Shown here: positions 53,898-63,738 of the stretch, piece after piece
Layout: each line of letters starts with the position of its first letter
Numbering within the stretch: position 1 is the stretch's first letter
Assembly (NCBI GenBank): GCA_965226795.1
Contig: CBDDDZ010000005.1
Span: 2,976,001 to 3,040,000 of the forward strand
Reading direction: 5' to 3'
Origin: Candidatus Latescibacterota bacterium
GTDB taxonomy: Bacteria; Latescibacterota; UBA2968; GCA-2709665
DNA: 64,000 nt
Made by a program: the position numbers and the translations under genes
Notes under the pieces: model-generated
What the model was told of the DNA's origin: nothing
The model's input: only the letters and a program-made list of their open reading frames with translations
Database searches by the model: none

Positions 53898-54980
53898 TTA
53901 GGCCAGGTTGGCAACGCGGCGCTCGGCGGCGGCGATGTCGGCGGCGCCGTCGAGCACGGTGATCTCCAGGTGGAACTCGCGTGTGGCGCCGGGTTCCAGG
54001 TACTCCAGGGAGTCGTGCCTGCGGTTCCAGGCGCGCCCGAGGGGCGAGCAGTTGCCTGGCTCCACGCCGGTCACGTAGCCGGCGGCGGCGAAGTGCTGCC
54101 ACTGAGTGACCAGCGGCAGCTCGGCAGCCGGCATGCGCCACTGCAGGCCGTACGCCAGCCGGTCGTTGATCAACGCAACGGTCACGTTGCCGTTGGCGTC
54201 CGGCACCGGCCGGTGCACGTATACGTCGTCGCCGGCGCCCGGCTCCGGGGCACGCGCCCGCTCGTACGCTGCGGCATCGACCGGGCGGTCCTGCAGCCAC
54301 TCGGTGCTGAGTTGGCTGTTGACCAGGAACCGGGTACCCTCGTCGAGCAGGGGGAAGCCGGGATTGGTGTGGTACAGCAGCATCAACGGCGAGCGCAACC
54401 CGCCGAGGTTCTCCACTCGGTCGTGGATGCTGATGCGGCGCTCGCCCAACGTAGTGGTGATTTCGCGGCGCAGCTCGAGCGTCGTGCCAAGTGCCACCGC
54501 TTCGCGCATGGTGCCGGCGATGCGCAGGTGGTATTCGTCTCCCTGCCAGCTTCCGCCGGCGCTCACGTCGCGCGCCGGGATGGCCGACAGCCGCCCGTGC
54601 AGGCCCAGTTCCTCGCCTTCCTCCTCCGGGTCGGTTTCGGGATGGCCGACGAAGGTCAGGCCGCAACTGATCAGCAGGCCGCCGAAGAAACTGCGCATCC
54701 AGCCGTAACCGGCGGGCTCGAAGAATGCCGGTCCGACGTCGCCGGTGGCGCTGCGGAAACACAGCGACCGCCCCTGGTAGGTGGCGGCGGCGATGTCCAG
54801 CGCCCGTCCGGGCAGTACCGAGAAGCTCAGCCCGGAGGCGTTGCTCACCTCGATCAATCCGGCGCCGCGCTCGTTGCCCTCGGTCAGCTCGGCGCGGCGA
54901 ACGGCGGCGAGCTGGCTCATATCGCCGACCAACCGCAGCAGCTCCGCCTTCGTGTAGTCGCGTCCAAACAGGTGTGCCAT
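53898..54980 (-). CDS. DUF4432 / aldose-1-epimerase-like protein
   Basis: VLPGRALDI, FFGGLLISCGL, LHGRLS, DRVEN, LYHTNPGFPLL, GVEPGN. Confidence 0.85.
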   Translation of the reverse strand: MAHLFGRDYTKAELLRLVGDMSQLAAVRRAELTEGNERGAGLIEVSNASGLSFSVLPGRALDIAAATYQGRSLCFRSATGDVGPAFFEPAGYGWMRSFFGGLLISCGLTFVGHPETDPEEEGEELGLHGRLSAIPARDVSAGGSWQGDEYHLRIAGTMREAVALGTTLELRREITTTLGERRISIHDRVENLGGLRSPLMLLYHTNPGFPLLDEGTRFLVNSQLSTEWLQDRPVDAAAYERARAPEPGAGDDVYVHRPVPDANGNVTVALINDRLAYGLQWRMPAAELPLVTQWQHFAAAGYVTGVEPGNCSPLGRAWNRRHDSLEYLEPGATREFHLEITVLDGAADIAAAERRVANLA

Positions 54981-55067
54981 GCTCGCTCTCTCCTCTCGTG
55001 GACGGGGCGGCACCCGGCCAGCGGTCGTGCCAGCGGATGTCGCTGCCGATGCCGCCGGTAGGGCCGA

Positions 55068-55235
55068 TCACCCGCCCCATAATCGCCGCGCCGTTACGCC
55101 GGGTGGCTCGCCGGGGGCAACGTGAGCGCGGCCGATCTGTGCTACCGAGGTACAGCCGATGAGCGCCATGGTGCGGCTCATCTCCTCGGCCAGCAGGCTT
55201 ACCTCGTAGCCGACCCCCGCTTCACCGCCGGCGCC
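55068..55235 (-). pseudogene. 3' fragment of FMN-dependent alpha-hydroxy-acid oxidase/dehydrogenase
   Basis: GAGGEAGVGYEVSLLAEEMSRTMALIGCTSVAQI begins at the first base after repeat 55236. Confidence 0.7.
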
Positions 55236-55271
55236 GTTTCAATCCTTGTTCTGATGGAAGATTCTCACCGG
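55236..55271 (-). repeat. Solitary CRISPR-like repeat B
   Basis: GTTTCAATCCTTGTTCTGATGGAAGATTCTCACCGG. Confidence 0.92.
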
Positions 55272-55450
55272 GTTATCGCGCTCGGCGTTCGGCGGCTCGT
55301 TCGGCATCGGACTCAGCCCAAAACGCCAGCTGAGCGGGGGTGGGGACGGGCAGGCCTGCCTCGCGGTAGTCCTTAGGGGGCAAAAGGCGTCCCGTCGGGG
55401 TGCCACGACTGTGAGAAGGTGTCGGAGTGCTTGTTGGGTGTTTTTGTCAT
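55272..55450 (-). pseudogene. GWHPDGTPF small protein copy, +1 frameshift in a G run
   Basis: MTKTPNKHSDTFSQSWHPDGTPFAP-stop; G5 at 55376-55380 versus G4 in the intact copy. Confidence 0.7.
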
Positions 55451-55455
55451 ACGCA

Positions 55456-58400
55456 GTTTCAATCCTTGTTCTGATGGAAGGGTTCTGACCGGCCGCGGGG
55501 AAGGCGCTCGTTTGGCTATACCCCCAAAACTGTTTCAATCCTTGTTCTGATGGAAGTGTTTCGACCGGAAAAAATCCGAGAGCACCGGAGACAACCGGGG
55601 TTTCAGTTTCAATCCTTGTTCTGATGGAAGTGTTTCGACCGGCTGCCACCCGAGCCTACCGATCCGCCAATACCCGTAACGTTTCAATCCTTGTTCTGAT
55701 GGAAGTGTTTCAACCGGTATATCATACTGGGTCTGGAACAACAACATGGATACCTAGTTTCAATCCTTGTTCTGATGGAAGTGTTTCGACCGGCCTGATC
55801 GCCAGGACACACAAAGACGTCGAGAATCGAGTTTCAATCCTTGTTCTGATGGAAGTGTTTCGACCGGAACCACACCTGCGCGCCGTCCTTGCGGATGGTA
55901 GGGTGTTTCAATCCTTGTTCTGATGGAAGTGTTTCGACCGGAAAAACGACCAGTTGCCTAGATGCTTGGCGCTGATGCGTTTCAATCCTTGTTCTGATGG
56001 AAGTGTTTCGACCGGCCGCGGCGGCCACCGGTGGAAGATAGACCGGTACTTCGGTTTCAATCCTTGTTCTGATGGAAGTGTTTCGACCGGGATTGTGACT
56101 TTTTTGATCGCTCCTGAAGGACAATGTTTCAATCCTTGTTCTGATGGAAGTGTTTCGACCGGTCAATTACTTCATGGCAGTCACAACAAACGACTGGGGT
56201 TTCAATCCTTGTTCTGATGGAAGTGTTTCGACCGGTAACATCTGAGATTTTCTCAGTGTTCCCTCATGTTCGTGTTTCAATCCTTGTTCTGATGGAAGTG
56301 TTTCGACCGGCCAAGCAGCCAGATCATGAGGTCTCCTCTTTCAGATGGTTTCAATCCTTGTTCTGATGGAAGTGTTTCGACCGGCAGCGAGCCCACCGCG
56401 CACCACTGCACGGCGGTGGTACTGTTTCAATCCTTGTTCTGATGGAAGTGTTTCGACCGGTAATCCCCCTTGAAATGCTTCACCTGGGCCTGTAAGGTTT
56501 CAATCCTTGTTCTGATGGAAGTGTTTCGACCGGCCAACCAGTCTATTGTCGTGGGCTCGTCGGGGTCCACGTTTCAATCCTTGTTCTGATGGAAGTGTTT
56601 CGACCGGACGGTGGGCAAGCGCAAGGAAGCGCCGGAAAAGATGTTTCAATCCTTGTTCTGATGGAAGTGTTTCGACCGGTGGTGTCTACTTCGGTTAGGG
56701 TGCCGGTGGTCATCTGGTTTCAATCCTTGTTCTGATGGAAGTGTTTCGACCGGTGCACATCGGCAAGCTTCGCGGCGTTGGCCTGTGAGTTTCAATCCTT
56801 GTTCTGATGGAAGTGTTTCGACCGGCCACCAGAATAGTTGCCCGGCCTTTATCGTCTCGAGAGTTTCAATCCTTGTTCTGATGGAAGTGTTTCGACCGGC
56901 CAGTCTTTCTTGTTCGCAATTAGAACACGGGCTTTTTCGTTTCAATCCTTGTTCTGATGGAAGTGTTTCGACCGGAAAGATCCGTATTGAGTTTGGGCCG
57001 CGGTCGGAAAAGTTTCAATCCTTGTTCTGATGGAAGTGTTTCGACCGGCAAGCTGCAACTCAACTCTTGTCGCTTCGTCCAAAATGTTTCAATCCTTGTT
57101 CTGATGGAAGTGTTTCGACCGGGGTTTTCCGGGGTACAACGACTGACGTCCGGCCGGCCGGTTTCAATCCTTGTTCTGATGGAAGTGTTTCGACCGGGAT
57201 CGAATCTCGATATCTTATAGTCACCGGCCGCTTCAGTTTCAATCCTTGTTCTGATGGAAGTGTTTCGACCGGTGACGATGGAGATTTGCGTAAAGATTTA
57301 AGACATTTCAGTTTCAATCCTTGTTCTGATGGAAGTGTTTCGACCGGTGGGTTCCGGTACTTCGGATATCCGGAGAAGTTGGCTGTTTCAATCCTTGTTC
57401 TGATGGAAGTGTTTCGACCGGCGTGTGGGCCAGCATAACCACGCTTGCCCGGAGTATATGTTTCAATCCTTGTTCTGATGGAAGTGTTTCGACCGGCCTT
57501 GCCGCGCTGGTGTCTATGGTGGCGGCATTTCCATGTTTCAATCCTTGTTCTGATGGAAGTGTTTCGACCGGCGTTGCAAGGCTTTTATTGCCGGGTGTTG
57601 AACCCTCTGTTTCAATCCTTGTTCTGATGGAAGTGTTTCGACCGGCGTAGAAACTTCTTGGCCCACGCCTCATCTTCCCTGCGTTTCAATCCTTGTTCTG
57701 ATGGAAGTGTTTCGACCGGCAGATACACCTATGAACATAGACAAGTAGAGATTACAGTTTCAATCCTTGTTCTGATGGAAGTGTTTCGACCGGTATTAGC
57801 CTCTTGGGCTGCGATGAAGCTATTCTTGTTTCAATCCTTGTTCTGATGGAAGTGTTTCGACCGGGCTGCTGCAGCTATTCTTATACTATCTAGCGGGAAA
57901 AGGTTTCAATCCTTGTTCTGATGGAAGTGTTTCGACCGGTATCATGGCAGACTCACAGCGAGCGGCGAAATATTGTTTCAATCCTTGTTCTGATGGAAGT
58001 GTTTCGACCGGGAACTTTTGGAAAAAGCCGGGGGTAAGGTTGGAATTGTGTTTCAATCCTTGTTCTGATGGAAGTGTTTCGACCGGTCCGGATGGTACTG
58101 GCGGGAACCAGGTTTTGTTTGCCAGTTTCAATCCTTGTTCTGATGGAAGTGTTTCGACCGGCCCGCCGGCAGGGCGTCGTCGGTAGTGATGAGAAGCCCG
58201 TTTCAATCCTTGTTCTGATGGAAGTGTTTCAACCGGAAAATGGCTTGTGCGGCCTTTCGATATTTATATCGTGTTTCAATCCTTGTTCTGATGGAAGTGT
58301 TTCGACCGGAGGGCGGCTCGTGACGTCGATATTTATCTGGGGTGGCTGTTTCAATCCTTGTTCTGATGGAAGTGTTTCGACCGGCCTTGCCGACATTCTC

Positions 58401-61056
58401 GAATGGAGCATTGATATAGTCGTTTCAATCCTTGTTCTGATGGAAGTGTTTCGACCGGTCGCCTAAGCCGGTTTGCGTCTGCAAAAACTCATTACGGTTT
58501 CAATCCTTGTTCTGATGGAAGTGTTTCGACCGGTTAGCCTCCAGCGCCAAATACTCCTCACGAAGATCCGAGTTTCAATCCTTGTTCTGATGGAAGTGTT
58601 TCGACCGGCCGGTTGTGCTCGCGTAGCTGCGCCCGTGATGTGATGGTTTCAATCCTTGTTCTGATGGAAGTGTTTCGACCGGCCCGAAACAAAGAGGCCG
58701 TCACGTTCGCGCGGCTGGTGTTTCAATCCTTGTTCTGATGGAAGTGTTTCGACCGGAGGATGCCGTTGGCCTTTGAAGGCCACTTGGTATCCCGTTTCAA
58801 TCCTTGTTCTGATGGAAGTGTTTCGACCGGCGTGGGGTGTGCGTTTCGCTCCAACAAGCCATATCTGTTTCAATCCTTGTTCTGATGGAAGTGTTTCGAC
58901 CGGCCCCCACCTCACGCACGAGGAAGCCTAAGAAGAAATAGTTTCAATCCTTGTTCTGATGGAAGTGTTTCGACCGGCGGGCTCATGTCTGTATGGCCTG
59001 CGACGGATCAGGTCGTTTCAATCCTTGTTCTGATGGAAGTGTTTCGACCGGAAATTCCCACGCACTCGTTTCCCGGTGCTCATTTTGGTTTCAATCCTTG
59101 TTCTGATGGAAGTGTTTCGACCGGTGATCTAAAGAAATTGCAGGATCAGGTTGCGGCGAAGGAGTTTCAATCCTTGTTCTGATGGAAGTGTTTCGACCGG
59201 GTGCGAAGACAGAACCTCCCAATACCCTACTTGGTGTTTCAATCCTTGTTCTGATGGAAGTGTTTCGACCGGCGGGGAAAAAAGTTAAATGAAATTCCGT
59301 TTGTATTTATGTTTCAATCCTTGTTCTGATGGAAGTGTTTCGACCGGTCGTAACGTGACGGATGCGATATCAATCAAATTGATTAGTTTCAATCCTTGTT
59401 CTGATGGAAGTGTTTCGACCGGTGCACACGGAACGGCTGACGCTTCAGGCTGAACGGAGTTTCAATCCTTGTTCTGATGGAAGTGTTTCGACCGGCGCTG
59501 CAGACGTTCCCGGCTTCAGCGTCGTAGATGATGTTTCAATCCTTGTTCTGATGGAAGTGTTTCGACCGGCGCAAGGGCCATGCCTCGCCGCCCAATAGCG
59601 TGAAAGTTTCAATCCTTGTTCTGATGGAAGTGTTTCGACCGGTCATTGAAAAATTGCACCAAGTCGGGCGTCTGGTCGTGTTTCAATCCTTGTTCTGATG
59701 GAAGTGTTTCGACCGGTGAACACTGGCATGGCGCTTCAGCTTTACCACGAATTGTTTCAATCCTTGTTCTGATGGAAGTGTTTCGACCGGGCCGGAGCCG
59801 GGGGTTTTTTATGCCTCTAATCCCCCGGTTTCAATCCTTGTTCTGATGGAAGTGTTTCGACCGGAGAACCTTGAAATACGCATCAGCTACTGGGTATGGA
59901 AGTTTCAATCCTTGTTCTGATGGAAGTGTTTCGACCGGTCTGGGTGGCACGGGTAATCTCAGGGCGGTCTGGAAGGGGTTTCAATCCTTGTTCTGATGGA
60001 AGTGTTTCGACCGGCCGCATAGATGCCCGCCTGAAGGCTCCCGAACAATGTTTCAATCCTTGTTCTGATGGAAGTGTTTCGACCGGAAATGAAACAACAC
60101 GCAACATGGATCAGTATAATAAAAGTTTCAATCCTTGTTCTGATGGAAGTGTTTCGACCGGTTGTCTCTGTCGGCCCGTTCGTTCTTCAGGTCCTCTTTC
60201 TGTTTCAATCCTTGTTCTGATGGAAGTGTTTCGACCGGTCTGCCAAATTTCGTCTGCATGAAACTTGTCCTCCTAAGAGTTTCAATCCTTGTTCTGATGG
60301 AAGTGTTTCGACCGGGAAACAATCAAACTCACAAGGGAAGTAGACAATGACGTTTCAATCCTTGTTCTGATGGAAGTGTTTCGACCGGGGGGGTGTAAAT
60401 GGAACACTGGGAGGGCGACGAATGAGTTTCAATCCTTGTTCTGATGGAAGTGTTTCGACCGGCAACGTTCGCGCCTCCGCAAAGATCCCTACCGTACGGG
60501 TTTCAATCCTTGTTCTGATGGAAGTGTTTCGACCGGACGTTTCGGGAAGCAGGCGTTAGGACTACCTGAATAAGTTTCAATCCTTGTTCTGATGGAAGTG
60601 TTTCGACCGGTTTCGGGAACGGCAACGCCGGCAACTGTTACGTTTACGTTTCAATCCTTGTTCTGATGGAAGTGTTTCGACCGGTGGCCTGACCATGCAT
60701 TTGAAATGCTCGCCACTCGATGTTTCAATCCTTGTTCTGATGGAAGTGTTTCGACCGGTTATCATGATAGGCTTGCGCCGTTTCCTCAGCTTTTGGGTTT
60801 CAATCCTTGTTCTGATGGAAGTGTTTCGACCGGCTTCCTTTTTTTCTTACGTGATACGTTGGGGTACCGGTGTTTCAATCCTTGTTCTGATGGAAGTGTT
60901 TCGACCGGTACTTAAATCTCAAAGGTATCATCCTATCTCCCCAAAGTTTCAATCCTTGTTCTGATGGAAGTGTTTCGACCGGCACGGGTTTTGGTAGATC
61001 TTGAAGTTGTCCATATGGTGTTTCAATCCTTGTTCTGATGGAAGTGTTTCGACCGG
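55456..61056 (-). CRISPR. CRISPR array 1: 76 repeats (hand count) of 37 bp with ~35-40 bp spacers
   Basis: Repeat GTTTCAATCCTTGTTCTGATGGAAGTGTTTCGACCGG; ends ATTGAAAC on minus strand; degenerate repeat at 55456 marks the trailer; class 1 (type III/I-B-like) style. Confidence 0.99.
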
Positions 61057-61634
61057 CCGAGGTTCTCCACTCGGTCGTGGATGCTGATGCGGCGCTCGCC
61101 CAGCGTAGTGGTGATTTCGCGGCGTAGCTCGAGGGTGGTGCCAAGTGCCACCGCCTCGCGCATGGTGCCGGCGATGCGCAGGCGGTATTGGTCTCCCTGC
61201 CAGCTTCCGCCGGCGCTCACGTCGCGCGCCGGGATGGCGGACAGTCGCCCGTGCAGGCCCAGTTCCTCGCCTTCCTCCTCCGGATCGGTCTCGGGATGGC
61301 CGACGAAGGTCAGGCCGCAACTGATCAGCAGGCCGCCGAAGAAACTGCGCATCCAGCCGTAACCGGCAGGCTCGAAGAATGCCGGGCCGACGTCGCCGGT
61401 GGCGCTGCGGAAACACAGCGACCGCCCCTGGTAGGTGGCGGCAGCGATGTCGAGCGCCCGTCCGGGCAGCACCGAGAAGCTCAGTCCGGAGGCGTTGCTT
61501 ACCTCGATCAATCCGGCGCCGCGCTCGTTGCCCTCGGTCAGCTCCGCACGGCGAACGGCGGCGAGCTGGCTCATGTCGCCGACCAACCGCAGCAGCTCCG
61601 CCTTCGTGTAGTCGCGTCCAAACAGATGCGCCAT
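61057..61634 (-). pseudogene. Second DUF4432 copy truncated at the terminal repeat of array 1
   Basis: Near-identical to 54403-54980; ends at DRVENLG and runs into the repeat. Confidence 0.9.
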
Positions 61635-61830
61635 GCTCGCTCTCTCCTCTCGTGGACGGGGCGGCACCCGCCCCATTGTCGCCGCGCCGTTACGCCGGGT
61701 GGCTCGCCGGGGCAACGTGAGCGCGGCCGATCTGTGCTACCGAGGTACAGCCGATGAGCGCCATGGTGCGGCTTATCTCCTCGGCCAGCAGGCTTACCTC
61801 GTAGCCGACCCCCGCTTCACCGCCGGCGCC

Positions 61831-61866
61831 GTTTCAATCCTTGTTCTGATGGAAGATTCTCACCGG
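61831..61866 (-). repeat. Solitary CRISPR-like repeat B
   Basis: Identical to 55236-55271. Confidence 0.92.
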
Positions 61867-61867
61867 G

Positions 61868-62035
61868 TTATCGCGTTCGGCGTTCGGCGGCCTGTTCGGC
61901 ATCGGACTCAGCCCAAAACGCCAGCTGAGCGGGGGTGGGGACGGGCAGGCCTGCCTCGCGGTAGTCCTTAGGGGCAAAAGGCGTCCCGTCGGGGTGCCAA
62001 CCTCGGCAGAAAGTATCTGAGTGCTTGTTGGGCAT
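61868..62035 (-). CDS. 55-aa protein MPNKHSDTFCRGWHPDGTPFAPKDYREAGLPVPTPAQLAFWAESDAEQAAERRTR
   Basis: Hand translation; below ORF-track cutoff; fills the interval between array 2 and repeat B; two homologues in the window. Confidence 0.7.
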   Translation of the reverse strand: MPNKHSDTFCRGWHPDGTPFAPKDYREAGLPVPTPAQLAFWAESDAEQAAERRTR

Positions 62036-62054
62036 ACACATAATATTCGAAATG

Positions 62055-63477
62055 GTTTCAATCCGCTCCCCCCACCGAAGTGAGGGGAGATCTACCAGTC
62101 AGAGACGCTTTACCAGATGTCATGGGCGTTTCAATCCGCTCCCCCCACCGAAGTGAGGGGAGATCTACCACGTCGACATCAGATCGAAAGCTGTTTTCCT
62201 GTTTCAATCCGCTCCCCCCACCGGAGTGAGGGGAGATCGACGTCTCGGAATCGACGCTGTCGACCTCATACGTGTTTCAATCCGCTCCCCCCACCGGAGT
62301 GAGGGGAGATGTACCCAGTCCCACGCTGTCGTCAGCCACCCTATGTTTCAATCCGCTCCCCCCACCGGAGTGAGGGGAGATGTTGTTTTTGCAGGGCCAG
62401 GACACCCTTGTTATCATTGTTTCAATCCGCTCCCCCCACCGGAGTGAGGGGAGATTCAGCGCACCCCACGACCCGGTAAAATTTCTTACGAGTTTCAATC
62501 CGCTCCCCCCACCGGAGTGAGGGGAGATCACAGGATGATGCCGCCAGGCGCTTTGTAAGCGACGTTTCAATCCGCTCCCCCCACCGGAGTGAGGGGAGAT
62601 CCTTCGGGGCCGCCGATTTGCCGGCTGCGAGTGTCGGGTTTCAATCCGCTCCCCCCACCGGAGTGAGGGGAGATACAGGAAGGGCCCGGGCAAATTGGCA
62701 GGTGGGCATTGTTTCAATCCGCTCCCCCCACCGGAGTGAGGGGAGATCCCCTGGGCGCACTGGCAACAGCGGCGGTGGCTATAACGTTTCAATCCGCTCC
62801 CCCCACCGGAGTGAGGGGAGATTTGCCGAACAACCAGGGTTCCCCCGATCCCCAACAAGTTTCAATCCGCTCCCCCCACCGGAGTGAGGGGAGATCTATA
62901 CGCAGCATTTTCACGTCAGGATGTGCTTTTGTGTTTCAATCCGCTCCCCCCACCGGAGTGAGGGGAGATGGGCTCCCGTACCGTTTCCCGGCCCGCCGTT
63001 TGGGTTTCAATCCGCTCCCCCCACCGGAGTGATGGGAGATGCAGATTTCGTTACGGGGGCCGGTATCTCTTTCAGGGTTTCAATCCGCTCCCCCCACCGG
63101 AGTGAGGGGAGATCAACATATATATAGCTGTTTGCGCCGGGAACACCGCGTTTCAATCCGCTCCCCCCACCGGAGTGAGGGGAGATCTGCCGGGTCCATG
63201 TTGGGTCGTTTGTCGCTTCCAGCAAGTTTCAATCCGCTCCCCCCACCGGAGTGAGGGGAGATCAGGGACGCCGCGCCTACAAGCGCCACGCCATCAGTTT
63301 CAATCCGCTCCCCCCACCGGAGTGAGGGGAGATGTTTCGCTACCCCCCAACCCAAGCTCACCCTCTATGGTTTCAATCCGCTCCCCCCACCGGAGTGAGG
63401 GGAGATAAGTGTCTACAAACGTATTGCGGCGGAGTTCTCTGTTTCAATCCGCTCCCCCCACCGGAGTGAGGGGAGAT
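62055..63477 (-). CRISPR. CRISPR array 2: 20 repeats of 37 bp, probably type I-C
   Basis: Repeat GTTTCAATCCGCTCCCCCCACCGGAGTGAGGGGAGAT with strong hairpin; two variant repeats at the left (trailer) end. Confidence 0.98.
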
Positions 63478-63657
63478 GCTGGTTGCTTCAACCAGCATAA
63501 AAACAATATCTTATACAATATGATGCGCGATTCTATCAAAAAGACAAGTAGAATTCCTGACCCACCCGTCCACGAACTCGCCAACCGGTTGTCAGACAAA
63601 CGGTTTCCCTTTGCGCGAACAGAGCGGCAGATTTCCGTTACTTGACGTTCGCGCAAG
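63478..63657 (-). promoter_or_regulatory. Leader of array 2
   Basis: AT-rich proximal part; inverted repeat TTGCGCGAAC (63611-63620)/GTTCGCGCAA (63647-63656) like GCGAAC..GTTCGC motifs of type I-C leaders. Confidence 0.75.
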
Positions 63658-63738
63658 CTACAGGACAAGCGGACCTGACAGGTCCACGGGTACACTAATT
63701 CCGTGATGCTCGGTCTCCTTTCCGGTGTCTTCATCTAG
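63658..63738 (-). pseudogene. cas2: 3' end of cas2 (type I-C-like), cut off by IS
   Basis: LDEDTGKETEHHGISVPVDLSGPLVL-stop resembles the I-C Cas2 tail (EHxG...DLxGPLI); directly upstream of the leader. Confidence 0.6.

Noticed and set aside
47349..54980. Cargo genes as cas genes
   Set aside because: No Cas1, Cas3, Cas6, Cas7 or Cas10 motifs recognised; they match unrelated families.
46482..55455. Classical integron explanation for the cassettes
   Set aside because: No integron integrase and no attC-type long imperfect palindromes seen; the boundaries are CRISPR repeat variants.
57123..57160. Spacer shares ACGACTGACGTCCGG with ~12090-12104 (possible self-target)
   Set aside because: Only about 15 nt match; plausible by chance in GC-rich DNA.
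46903..61866. Solitary repeats as tracrRNA anti-repeats
   Set aside because: Eight copies in the same orientation as the arrays, class 1-style repeats, and no Cas9/Cas12 gene in the window.
62092..62170. First two array-2 spacers both begin CTACCA
   Set aside because: Six bases only; too short to interpret.
55239..63645. Many 60-190 aa ORFs with repeated PVETLPSEQGLK, FNPCSDGSVSTG or FQSAPPTGVRGD peptides
   Set aside because: They are translations of the CRISPR repeats, not genes.
63444..63734. 96-aa minus-strand ORF in the ORF track
   Set aside because: Spans leader and repeat; the Cas2-like peptide is in a different frame.
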